64,000 bases of DNA from Dehalococcoidia bacterium (GCA_963667055.2 OY762956.1:208023-272022); one strand, 5' to 3'; shown: positions 45,044 through 53,440, counted from the stretch's first letter. The notes: generated by a model from the sequence alone, not told the origin. Program-made: numbers and translations.

Positions 45044-46834
45044 TTGCGAAACGAACGAGGGAACAAAACGCGGGTCAACAGGACAGAATTGAAGCGACGG
45101 CGGTCGCCGGCCGGCTTCAGCCTGCTGATACTGTTGCTTGCCGTGGCTTCTCTGGCCGTCTTTGGCATGGCCTGCGGCGACGACCCATCCCCAACGCCGA
45201 CCGCCACGGCCACCGCTACCGCTGTTCCCGAACCGCCGCCTGCGCCAACGGCTACGCCCGCGCCGGAGCCGCCCCCCGTGGAGGACGACGACGCCCTCAC
45301 CCGCGCCTACGTGGATGAAGTCATCGCCTACTACGACGCCAACGGGCGGGACGCCACAGTCGAATACTACAAGTCGGCCGGCGTCGAAGACGGAAGGCCG
45401 CTGACCATCATAGACACCGATGAAAGCGTGCTGCTGGTCTTCGGCGCGCTGCGCGCCCTGGAGGGCCAGTACGTCGGCCCCGGATCAAGGTTCTCCGGCT
45501 TGGGGCAGTTGATAGACTTAGCCACTGAGGAGGGCCGTTGGGTTACCAATCGGGGCATCAACCCGGACACCAAGCAGGAAGAGCCTCGGAGAATCCTTGC
45601 CGTCCTTCACGACGGCCTGGTGTTCGTCGCCAGCCATTCCGTTTTGACGCAGGACGTGGCAAGTTCCACCAAGGAGTACGTAAGCAAGGCCATCGCCAAA
45701 TACGAAAGCGACGGTCCCGACGCCACTATCGCTCACTACAACAGCCAGGACAGTCTGGACGGACAGTTCTACCTGTTCCTCATCGGCCAGGACGACAACT
45801 ACCTGGCCCATCCCATATTCCCCCACCTCATCGGCACGGACATCAAGGACGTGGTCGGCTCCGACGGACAGGAACTGGGCAAGGAGATCGCCCAAGCCAC
45901 TGAGGAAGGCGCGTGGGTGGAATACCTCTGGCCCCACCCCATCACCCGCAAAGAAGGGGAGAAGGTCACCTGGGCCATCCGACACGACGGCCTTATCTTC
46001 GCCTCCGGCTACTACGCCGGCGGGCTGGAGACGGGCGATCCGCCCTGGCAGGGCGCCGACCCGCGTGAGTACACCGTGGACTACGTGGAGCGGGCCATCG
46101 AGCGTTACCGGAACGAAGGCCTGGAGTCCATGCTCAACTACTACAACAGCGTCGCCAGCTTCGAGGGCGAGTGGTATCTCTTCGCCACCGACGAAAACGA
46201 CATCTATCACGTCCATCCCCTGATTTCCCCGCTGATAGGTACGGACATCAAGGACGTGGTCGGCTCCGACGGCTTCGAGCTGGGCAAGAAGCTTGCCGCG
46301 GCTGAGGATGGCGGAGATGGCGTTTGGGTAGAATACCTCTGGCCCCATCCCGTGACACTGCAAGAAGTGGCAAAGGTTGGGTACGCCGTGCGCAAGGACG
46401 GGATGATCTTCGCCTCCGGCTACTACCCGCAGGTCGAAGACCCGGCCGCCCACACCCAGGCATACGTGCAGCAGGCCATCGACTACTACGAAGCCAACGA
46501 ATTGGACGCGACCGTCGCCCATTACAGCAGCCAGGAGAGTCTTGACGGACAGTGGAGCCTGACCATGGCCGGTGAGAACGACATTGTGCTTGTGGCTTTC
46601 CTGTCTCCAAATCTCGTAGGAACCGACCTCAATGACCTCGCCCGGGGCCCGAGTCGGCAGATCGGCGAAGAGCTGACGGCAGCCACGGAGGAGGGAGTAT
46701 GGGTCAGCCACATCTTCCCCAACACCAGGTCATCGGAGACGCTGTGGGCGCATAACTGGGCCATCCGCTACGACGGGCTGCTCTTCATATCGCGCTACTA
46801 CAACGACAAGCCCAACGTCCCCGATTCGGCTTAG
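45044..46834 (+). CDS. secreted lipoprotein with four tandem single-Cache (sCache_2-like) modules
   Basis: TTG start after GGGAGAGG. Lipobox 'VFGMACG' and a PT linker. Four ~130-aa repeats each have 'Y(V)..AI..Y...G.DAT..HY.S..S.DG.WYLF...D.....HP..P.LIGTD..D..G.DG..LG..(A)....G.WV.Y.WP.P......K..(W/Y)A.R.DG(L/M)IFASGYY'. Confidence 0.7.
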   Translation: MRNERGNKTRVNRTELKRRRSPAGFSLLILLLAVASLAVFGMACGDDPSPTPTATATATAVPEPPPAPTATPAPEPPPVEDDDALTRAYVDEVIAYYDANGRDATVEYYKSAGVEDGRPLTIIDTDESVLLVFGALRALEGQYVGPGSRFSGLGQLIDLATEEGRWVTNRGINPDTKQEEPRRILAVLHDGLVFVASHSVLTQDVASSTKEYVSKAIAKYESDGPDATIAHYNSQDSLDGQFYLFLIGQDDNYLAHPIFPHLIGTDIKDVVGSDGQELGKEIAQATEEGAWVEYLWPHPITRKEGEKVTWAIRHDGLIFASGYYAGGLETGDPPWQGADPREYTVDYVERAIERYRNEGLESMLNYYNSVASFEGEWYLFATDENDIYHVHPLISPLIGTDIKDVVGSDGFELGKKLAAAEDGGDGVWVEYLWPHPVTLQEVAKVGYAVRKDGMIFASGYYPQVEDPAAHTQAYVQQAIDYYEANELDATVAHYSSQESLDGQWSLTMAGENDIVLVAFLSPNLVGTDLNDLARGPSRQIGEELTAATEEGVWVSHIFPNTRSSETLWAHNWAIRYDGLLFISRYYNDKPNVPDSA

Positions 46835-46919
46835 GGCCTCGTATCAAGAGAGTCCCTAACCTGGCTGAGTCCGGTCGGTTGTCTCTTGCCGCGCTTGGAA
46901 AGTGGTACAATCGTGCTCT

Positions 46920-47324
46920 ATGGATAACGATCTCGAAGCTAAGTGTACGGTCGTAAGGCCGGGCGAGCTTGAAGTGGAGGTCGCGTCGGGCGCGATGACG
47001 CGGCTGGCCGGCGTGTCGCAGGCGCTGGTGGGCGCCGAGGGCATTCATCTTGCTATAGCCGCCATTCCGCCCGGCTGCGCCTCCTCGCCTCACTACCACG
47101 TAAACTGCGAGTCCGCCATCTACGTGCTGAAGGGCAAGGGGCGGTTCCTAACCGGAAAGCGGCTCGATAACAGCCTGCCTATAGCAGCCGGCGACTTCAT
47201 CTATGTGCCGCCGCATTCGGTGCATCAGCCCGTCAACGACAGCCCGACGGAGCCGATGGAGCTGATCGTGGCGCGCAACGCGCCGGTGGAAATCGTCGTC
47301 GAGCACGACCCCCGCGCCTGCTAA
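46920..47324 (+). CDS. cupin-domain protein
   Basis: 'GIHLAIAAIPPGCASSPHYHVNCESAIYVLKGKG...GDFIYVPPHSVHQPVN' shows the two cupin motifs. The ATG at 46920 lies 8 nt after the extended -10 'TGgTACAAT' (46903-46911), so the transcript is probably leaderless. Confidence 0.75.
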   Translation: MDNDLEAKCTVVRPGELEVEVASGAMTRLAGVSQALVGAEGIHLAIAAIPPGCASSPHYHVNCESAIYVLKGKGRFLTGKRLDNSLPIAAGDFIYVPPHSVHQPVNDSPTEPMELIVARNAPVEIVVEHDPRAC

Positions 47325-47462
47325 GCGGACAACTGGCTCAACGCCTGCCGGACAAGGCCCACTCCTCCGTCATTCCCGACCCCGATCGGGAATCCAGGGC
47401 GTGGCGCGGTGGTTTCCGGCCTGCGCCTGCTAAGCGGACAACTGGCTCAACGCCTGCCGGAC
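47314..47462. repeat. perfect 40-bp direct repeat flanking a 69-bp REP-containing insert
   Basis: gcgcctgctaagcggacaactggctcaacgcctgccggac occurs at 47314-47353 and 47423-47462. The family A REP hairpin (47371-47412) lies between the two copies. Confidence 0.9.
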
Positions 47463-47906
47463 TTCCTCGTAATCGGGCTCGTTGGCCGGAGAGGGCGCAA
47501 GCCAGCTGTAACGCACCACCCCGTCCTTGTCCACAATGAACACCGCCCGGTTCGCCGCAACGTAACCCTGCAAACCTGCCAGGTTGGGCAAGGCTACGTC
47601 GTACTGGTTCACCACCTCGCGGTTGTAGTCGCTCAATACCGGAAAGTTCAGATTGTTGGCGTCGGCCCAGGCCTTTTGCGCAAAGGGAGGGTCAACGCTT
47701 ATTCCCAGGACTTGGGCGTTCAACGAATTGAACTCATCTGCCTGGTCTCTCAACGCGCACATCTCGGTGGTGCAGACCCCGGTGAACGCGCCCGGAAAGA
47801 ACGCCAGGACCACGTTCTTCCCCCTGAACTCCTCCAGACACCGCTCGTTGCGGTCGTGGTCGTACAAGCTGAATCCGGGGGCTTCCTGTCCTATTTCAAC
47901 CGCCAT
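47430..47906 (-). CDS. peroxiredoxin (AhpC/TSA-family, Bcp/AhpE-like)
   Basis: 158-aa ORF with the peroxidatic motif 'FPGAFTGVCTTE' (PxxxTxxC). GAGGAGG RBS. Confidence 0.9.
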   Translation of the reverse strand: MAVEIGQEAPGFSLYDHDRNERCLEEFRGKNVVLAFFPGAFTGVCTTEMCALRDQADEFNSLNAQVLGISVDPPFAQKAWADANNLNFPVLSDYNREVVNQYDVALPNLAGLQGYVAANRAVFIVDKDGVVRYSWLAPSPANEPDYEEVRQALSQLSA

Positions 47907-48171
47907 GATAAATCCTCCTCAAGTCAAGTGTAGGCGACGCGCCGGCTGCCGGCATTCCTGCCGCAGCCTGGAATATAGCCGCGGTTATCCTACCACACCT
48001 CTCGCGTCATGGAACTCCTTGTAGAGGGTCGCAATAATGTCAAACCACGGAACTAAAGGCATCCTGGGCCGACCGCCGGCCTTGTCTACCTGACACTTCC
48101 TTGCTATGTTTCGTTGTCATGAGCGAAGCAGTTGCGCGTCCTCCCCAAAAACGAGGACTGAAGAGGAACTG

Positions 48172-48720
48172 ATGTCAGAGGCAGACCAGGTGAAGCAGGG
48201 CGCAGCCGCCCTGGCCGACCTCTTCGAATCGGACTATGAGCGCATCGCCCGTTACATTGCAGTGCGTATCGGCAACGCCGGACACGCGGAAGAACTGGCC
48301 GGAGACGTGTTCGTGAGAGCATTGGAGAGGATAGACTCCTTTCAATGGCGCGGCGTGCCAATGCAGGCCTGGCTGTTTCGCATTGCCCGCAACCTGGTCG
48401 TCGACTACCTGCGAAAGAACTCGCGGCGCAAGACCGCCGCCTTGGACGAAGCCCTGGACATCGCCTCTGCCGATAGCCCGGAAAACGAGACCCTGCTCAC
48501 CTTACAGCGAGAAGAGATCATGGCGGCCATGGACTCCCTGACCCCGGCCCAGCGTGAAGTGGTGGCTCTGCGCTTCTTTGGACAACTCACCTCCAAAGAA
48601 GTGGCAAACGTGGTGAAGAGGAGTCACGGCGCGGTTAGAGAGCTTCAATCCAGCGGCCTGAAGACATTGCGAAAAATTCTCAATGCCCAGCCTGCCCCCT
48701 GCATTGAGGTGGAAGGATAA
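48172..48720 (+). CDS. ECF-type RNA polymerase sigma factor
   Basis: The ATG at 48172 follows AAGAGGAA. Sigma region 2 ('AWLFRIARNLVVDYLRK') and region 4 ('LTPAQREVVALRFFGQLTSKEVANVV'). Confidence 0.85.
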   Translation: MSEADQVKQGAAALADLFESDYERIARYIAVRIGNAGHAEELAGDVFVRALERIDSFQWRGVPMQAWLFRIARNLVVDYLRKNSRRKTAALDEALDIASADSPENETLLTLQREEIMAAMDSLTPAQREVVALRFFGQLTSKEVANVVKRSHGAVRELQSSGLKTLRKILNAQPAPCIEVEG

Positions 48721-48721
48721 G

Positions 48722-49654
48722 ATGAACGTAGAACGGGGCAACTTCGAGCAAGTCCTGGACGCCTGTCTGGACCATGTCCTGCGCAAAGGCGGCTCCCTGG
48801 AGCTTTGCCTTCGGCAATATCCGGAGCACGCCGCGGAACTGGAACCGCTGCTCAGGCTGGCCGTGGAATCCAAGCGGCAGTTCGACTTCACGCCCGGCCC
48901 CCAAGCCAAAGCAAGGGCGCGCGCCGCGCTCCAACAAGCGATCCGGGAGCGCGAGGCAAACCGCTATTCGTCCACTCTGCTGGATTACCTGAAGAAGTTG
49001 TCTACTTCCCTGCTGCCCAGGCATCGCTGGGTGGTAAGCGCCGTCGCCGGAATGATCCTTCTGGCCTTCACCGGCACCGGGCTGGTCACCGCTTCCAACG
49101 GCAGCACGCCCGACCAGCCTCTGTATCCGGTGAAGCGCGCTGTGGAACACACGCAGGTCTTCTTCACGCGCGGCGACCAGAACAGAGCGGACTTGTACGC
49201 CAAGTTCGCCGAGCGGCGTCTGGCTGAACTGGAAGTTCTGGGAACCAGGGGAAATACGGAGCACGTTTCAAAATTGACCCAAGACCTGGACTACAGCTTG
49301 AAGCAGGTGCGGTTCTTTGCCATCCCCGGCGTGCGCGTCTTCTACCTGGACGACGGCACGCCCGTTCCAACCGAATTCAGGCCAATCTTCATCCAGGGCA
49401 GCGAGATAAGGCAGCCGCCGGTGAACTTCAGGTTCGACCCGCGCACTATGGAGAACCTGAAGCGCCTCCACGCCAAGCTGCAATGGGACTTCGACCACCG
49501 CGCCCCCGTGCTCCACAGGGCCTTCAAGGACGCGCCGCCGTCCGTGCGCACGGAGATGGTGAAAGCCCAGCAAATCACGGAGCGCGAATACCGGGGGCTT
49601 ATCTACACCATCAAGCTGGTCATAGAGGAGGATTCGTACGGGCCGTCGCCATAG
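48722..49654 (+). CDS. putative anti-sigma factor (single TM, DUF5667-like extracytoplasmic domain)
   Basis: Starts 1 nt after the sigma gene stop. N-terminal helical domain, TM segment 'WVVSAVAGMILLAFTGTGLVTA', then 'PDQPLYPVKRAVEHTQVFF', reminiscent of DUF5667. Confidence 0.55.
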   Translation: MNVERGNFEQVLDACLDHVLRKGGSLELCLRQYPEHAAELEPLLRLAVESKRQFDFTPGPQAKARARAALQQAIREREANRYSSTLLDYLKKLSTSLLPRHRWVVSAVAGMILLAFTGTGLVTASNGSTPDQPLYPVKRAVEHTQVFFTRGDQNRADLYAKFAERRLAELEVLGTRGNTEHVSKLTQDLDYSLKQVRFFAIPGVRVFYLDDGTPVPTEFRPIFIQGSEIRQPPVNFRFDPRTMENLKRLHAKLQWDFDHRAPVLHRAFKDAPPSVRTEMVKAQQITEREYRGLIYTIKLVIEEDSYGPSP

Positions 49655-49668
49655 CCGGGCGGATGCGC

Positions 49669-50631
49669 CTACCCCATTATGCCGGACACTTCCTTGAGCT
49701 GAGGCAGCGACAGGTTCCCGCCGCTGACCACCAGCGCGACCCGTCTGTCGCGTATGGTTTCCTTGACCTTTATGGCTCCGGCCAGCGCCGCCGCGCCCGC
49801 CCCTTCCGCCAGGGTGTGAGCGCGCTCGACCAAGTGCAGTATGGACTCCTTGATCTCCTCGTCGCTGACCAGCACGAAGTCGTCCAGCATCTCCCACAGG
49901 ATTCGCTGCGTCAGTTCGTATCCCGAACTTGTGGCCAGGCCCTCGGCGAAGGTAGCGTTTCCCGCCTGCGTAATCTTCCGGTTCTTCCAGGACAGGTAGC
50001 CCCCCGGCGCCTGCTCCGACTGCACCGCTATCACCTTGACCTTGGGATTCACCGACTTGGCCGCGATGCAGGCTCCGGACGCGCCGCTTCCGCCTCCCAG
50101 GGGCACGAATATGTACTCCACCTGCGGCAGGTCTTCCATAATCTCCAGGGCATACGTCCCCGCGCCCGCTATCAAGTCCGGCTCATTTGCCGAATGGATG
50201 TACCTGTAGCCGTACTCCTTCTCCAGGCTCTCGGCGTGTCCCCTGGCATCATCGAACACTTCGCCGAAGAAGACTACGTCGACTCCCAGCGATTGCACCG
50301 CCGCCGCCTTGCTGGGATTGCTCCCTTCCGGCATCACGATGACCGCCTTTATCCCCAGCATCGCGCCGGCGTACGCTATGGCCTGGGCGTGGTTCCCCGT
50401 GGACGCGGTCACCACGCCGCGACGCCGGTCTTCATCGCCGAGGTTGTGCATGGTGTTGATGCCTCCCCTGGCTTTGAACGCGCCCAGGGCGTGGTGGTTT
50501 TCGTGCTTCAGGTAGACCTCGGCGTTCAACATCTCGCTGAGCCTGCGGTAGTGGTGCAACGGGGTGCGCGGCAGGTACCGCGACACCACCTGCCGCGCCC
50601 GGAGTACATCGGCTAGAGTTGGAGTCTTCAT
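49669..50631 (-). CDS. PLP-dependent threonine/serine dehydratase (threonine ammonia-lyase-like, catalytic domain only)
   Basis: The ATG at 50631 follows GGGAGG. PLP lysine 'GAFKARGG', 'ASTGNHAQAIAYAG' and 'GGGSGASG'. Confidence 0.85.
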   Translation of the reverse strand: MKTPTLADVLRARQVVSRYLPRTPLHHYRRLSEMLNAEVYLKHENHHALGAFKARGGINTMHNLGDEDRRRGVVTASTGNHAQAIAYAGAMLGIKAVIVMPEGSNPSKAAAVQSLGVDVVFFGEVFDDARGHAESLEKEYGYRYIHSANEPDLIAGAGTYALEIMEDLPQVEYIFVPLGGGSGASGACIAAKSVNPKVKVIAVQSEQAPGGYLSWKNRKITQAGNATFAEGLATSSGYELTQRILWEMLDDFVLVSDEEIKESILHLVERAHTLAEGAGAAALAGAIKVKETIRDRRVALVVSGGNLSLPQLKEVSGIMG

Positions 50632-50735
50632 TTGAACTGTGGTTCCTCCCTTTGGCCTTAGTGTACCAAAAAAGCAGGCAAGCGGGCAGGCTAGGCAGAC
50701 ATACGGCCATGCAGGCATACGGACAAGGCATACGT

Positions 50736-50775
50736 CTTGCCCGCGCAGGCGGGCATCCAGGGGGAAGTCGCGCGG
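50736..50775. repeat. REP-like hairpin element (family A)
   Basis: 'cttgcccgcgcaggcgggcatccagggggaagtcgcgcgg'. Confidence 0.55.
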
Positions 50776-50898
50776 CTGCAAAGCGGGCACCGACCCACAC
50801 CACCGTCACACCGACCCCCGCCACTGTCATACTGAGCGGAGCTAAGTATCTACGCCGTGCGCAGGCCAGGGTACGTATCGGACTGCACTCACCGCAGT

Positions 50899-50964
50899 GG
50901 GTTCCCGTTCCCCAATCGTGGTTGGGGACAGGCTTCACGGGAACGACGGAATCGGGGCGTGGCT
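50899..50964. repeat. REP-like hairpin element (family B, long-loop form)
   Basis: 'gggttcccgttccccaatcgtggttggggacaggcttcacgggaacgacggaatcggggcgtgg', near-collinear with 21412-21476. It overlaps the 3' end of ORF 50935..51390. Confidence 0.6.
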
Positions 50965-51390
50965 AGGGGTGTCGTCCCGGTTTTCCATCAGGACCCGGAT
51001 GGCGGCGCTTTGCTCCTGCTGGACGTCGATTACGCGGTTAAGCGTGGCGACTACAGTCTCCACAAGCCCAACGATCTGGTTCTGAATCTCTTCAAACCGC
51101 TCCTGGTTGGAGGTTAGCATCTGTAGGGTCTGTTCGTGGTCTCTTTGGATTGCCTGGGCCATTTCCAGGAGTATATCGTGGCGCTGGATGGCGGCGGTCT
51201 GCTGTCGCTGGGTTTCCTCTTGCCGACGCTGGGTTTCGGCTTGTTGTTGCTGGGTTTCGGCTTGTTGTTGCTGGATTTCCTCTTGCCGACTCCGGGATGC
51301 GGCCAACTCTCTGTGGGTTTCAGCCAAGTCTACAAAGGCGGCTTCAAGGCGGTCTATGCGGTTTCGGTCTTGGTGGTTGTCCGTGGTCAT
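50935..51390 (-). CDS. Gln/Glu-rich coiled-coil protein (hypothetical)
   Basis: The ATG at 51390 gives ~151 aa with '(QQQQAET)2' and long heptad stretches. The last ~10 codons run into a REP element, so the C-terminus is doubtful. Confidence 0.4.
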   Translation of the reverse strand: MTTDNHQDRNRIDRLEAAFVDLAETHRELAASRSRQEEIQQQQAETQQQQAETQRRQEETQRQQTAAIQRHDILLEMAQAIQRDHEQTLQMLTSNQERFEEIQNQIVGLVETVVATLNRVIDVQQEQSAAIRVLMENRDDTPSHAPIPSFP

Positions 51391-51501
51391 GGGTGGGCCT
51401 CTTGCGGTAGTGTAAAAGACGGGGTGGAAGAGGGCAACCCCCCGCCTCGCCCCCACCCCTGGAGCCCCGATCAGGGTCGGGAACGACGATGAGCGCTAAC
51501 C

Positions 51502-51530
51502 TTGCCATAAGCCCCTACCTGTGCTACGCT
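51502..51530 (+). promoter_or_regulatory. sigma70-like promoter of the T-box leader
   Basis: TTGCCA (51502-51507), a 17-nt spacer and TACGCT (51525-51530), preceded by TGc (extended -10). Confidence 0.45.
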
Positions 51531-51536
51531 CAACGG

Positions 51537-51812
51537 CAGCGGCTAAGACGGAGACGAGTAAGCCAGTTTTCCAGCATAGCGAGTCCGGTACGGTGGAAGC
51601 GGACGTTTGGAGACCGGCTGAAAATCCCTCCTGAGCCTCCCGCCGAAATTCCGTCCCACAAAGGACGGGAAAGTAGACCGGGACGGGGTTGTCGCCCGTT
51701 ATGAAGGACAGGGGTGTGGCTGCACCTCGAAAGAGCGCCCCGGTTTTTCGGGGAAGGAGAGTGGTACCACGGGTGAAAGCTCGTCTCTTTGTGAGACGGG
51801 CTGTTTTTTTGT
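51537..51812 (+). promoter_or_regulatory. T-box riboswitch leader (probably Ile-specific) controlling cimA
   Basis: Stem I elements: 'GAGUAA' 5' specifier-loop side (51556-51561), AG bulge 'AGCGAG' (51578-51583), distal loop 'GGUGGAA' (51592-51598) and 3' specifier side 'GAAAAUCC' (51620-51627). Also a stem II 'GAAAGUAGA', an F-box 'CCGUUA' (51696-51701), the T-box sequence 'AGAGUGGUACCACGGG' (51757-51773), and a terminator hairpin with a U-run. Confidence 0.75.
51779..51810 (+). terminator. intrinsic terminator of the T-box leader
   Basis: gctcgtctc (51779-51787) pairs with gagacgggc (51793-51801) with one mismatch, followed by seven T's at 51804-51810. The 5' arm can alternatively pair within the T-box antiterminator. 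Confidence 0.7.
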
Positions 51813-51829
51813 AGGCCGGTGAGCAGGAC

Positions 51830-53416
51830 ATGATGAATCAAGTTGAGCTTTACGATACGACTTTAAGAGACGGCGCGCAGATGGAGGGCATCTCCCTCTC
51901 CGTAGCGGACAAGATCAAGATTACGCGCAAGCTGGACGAGCTTGGCGTGGCTTACATCGAGGGCGGCTGGCCCGGTTCCAATCCCAAGGACGCGGAGTAT
52001 TTCCGACGGGCCAGATTCCTCAACCTGTCGAACTCCACGATAGTCGCCTTTGGAAGCACACGGCGAGCGGGCGTCTCAGCCGACCAGGACGCCAACCTGA
52101 AAACGCTCATCGAAGCGGAGACTCCGGTGATTACCCTGGTGGCGAAAAGCTGGGACATGCAGGTTACGCGAATCCTGGAAACAAGCCTGGAAGAGAACCT
52201 GGCGATGATTTCGGACTCGGTGGCTTTTCTGAGAGAGCGGGGGCGTCGCGTGTTCCTGGACGCCGAGCACTTCTTCGACGGATACAAGGCGGACCCGGAG
52301 TACGCATTACAGTGCATCCGCGCCGCCGCTTCCGCGGGCGCTGAGACCATAATCCTCTGCGATACCAACGGCGGGACGCTTCCTCACGAGGTGCAGGAAA
52401 TCGTGTCGGCGGTGAAGCAGCATATCGACGCGCCGCTGGGCATCCACGCCCACAACGACTGCGAGGTGGCAGTGGCCAACAGCCTGGCGGCGGTGTCGGC
52501 GGGCGTCCGGCAGGTGCAGGGGTGCATCAACGGATACGGCGAACGCTGCGGCAACGCCAATATCCTCTCGGTTGCAGCCAACCTTAAGCTGAAACTTGGC
52601 ATACCGGCCATCAGCGACGAACAGATGGAATCGCTGACGGAGGTACACCGGTACATAAGCGAGATAGTGAACATGCCTCCGGTGGGCAATCAGCCCTTCG
52701 TGGGGCACAGCGCCTTCAGCCACAAGGGCGGCCTGCACGGCTCGGCGGTGGCAAAGCTGGAGGACAGCTACCAGCACATCCGCCCTGAACTGGTGGGCAA
52801 CAGCACGCGAATGCTGGTTTCGGAACTGGCCGGACGCGGCAACGTGGCCTACAAGATCAAAGAGCTCGGCATAGAGGCGGACGTATCCCCGGGGAAAGCG
52901 GCTCAACTGGTGGAAGAGATCAAGGAACAGGAGAGCCTGGGCTACCAGTACGAAGGTGCGGAGGCCTCCTTCGAACTGCTTGTAAGACGCGCCGTAGACG
53001 GGTACAGCCGCCCATTCCACCCCATAGACTACCGGGTCATCATCGACCAGCGGCTTGCCCCGGAGATAACCGGCAGCGAAGAACCGCTTTCGGAAGCCAC
53101 GGTTAAGATCAGGGTGGGCACGGAAGTCCGGCATACCGCCGATATTGGAAACGGCCCGGTGAACGCCCTGGACGGAGCTTTGCGCAAAGCCCTGCTCATA
53201 GACTACCCGGAATTGAACGCCATCCGATTGGTGGACTACAAGGTCCGCGTCGTCGACCAGAGCGGCGGGACGGGCGCCGTGGTCAGGGTGCTGGTGGAGT
53301 CCACCGACGGCGCGCACACCTGGCAGACCGTAGGCGCGTCGCCCAACATAATCGAAGCCAGCTGGACCGCAATGACCGACAGCCTGGAATACTGGCTGCT
53401 CAAGTACGGGGAGTAA
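51830..53416 (+). CDS. cimA: (R)-citramalate synthase (2-isopropylmalate synthase family)
   Basis: 528-aa ORF. 'LYDTTLRDGAQMEGISLSVADKIKITRKLDELGVAYIEGGWPGSNPKD' matches the CimA-type branch. It has the HxH metal site and a LeuA-dimer-like C-terminal domain. cimA vs leuA cannot be separated without a phylogeny. Confidence 0.75.
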   Translation: MMNQVELYDTTLRDGAQMEGISLSVADKIKITRKLDELGVAYIEGGWPGSNPKDAEYFRRARFLNLSNSTIVAFGSTRRAGVSADQDANLKTLIEAETPVITLVAKSWDMQVTRILETSLEENLAMISDSVAFLRERGRRVFLDAEHFFDGYKADPEYALQCIRAAASAGAETIILCDTNGGTLPHEVQEIVSAVKQHIDAPLGIHAHNDCEVAVANSLAAVSAGVRQVQGCINGYGERCGNANILSVAANLKLKLGIPAISDEQMESLTEVHRYISEIVNMPPVGNQPFVGHSAFSHKGGLHGSAVAKLEDSYQHIRPELVGNSTRMLVSELAGRGNVAYKIKELGIEADVSPGKAAQLVEEIKEQESLGYQYEGAEASFELLVRRAVDGYSRPFHPIDYRVIIDQRLAPEITGSEEPLSEATVKIRVGTEVRHTADIGNGPVNALDGALRKALLIDYPELNAIRLVDYKVRVVDQSGGTGAVVRVLVESTDGAHTWQTVGASPNIIEASWTAMTDSLEYWLLKYGE

Positions 53417-53440
53417 TCCAAGACTGTCCCAAGCCGCTCG

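Noticed and set aside
48005-48075. Candidate ECF-type autoregulated promoters ('GGAAC' at about 48011 and about 48048) upstream of the sigma factor gene
   Set aside because: GGAAC pentamers occur by chance in this GC-rich DNA, and no convincing -10 ('CGTC'-like) lies at the right spacing. The evidence is too weak to report as a feature.
51496-51841. Two ~105-aa minus-strand ORFs (51496..51831 and 51530..51841)
   Set aside because: They lie exactly opposite the T-box leader, whose conserved RNA motifs explain the sequence conservation. They have no coding signals.
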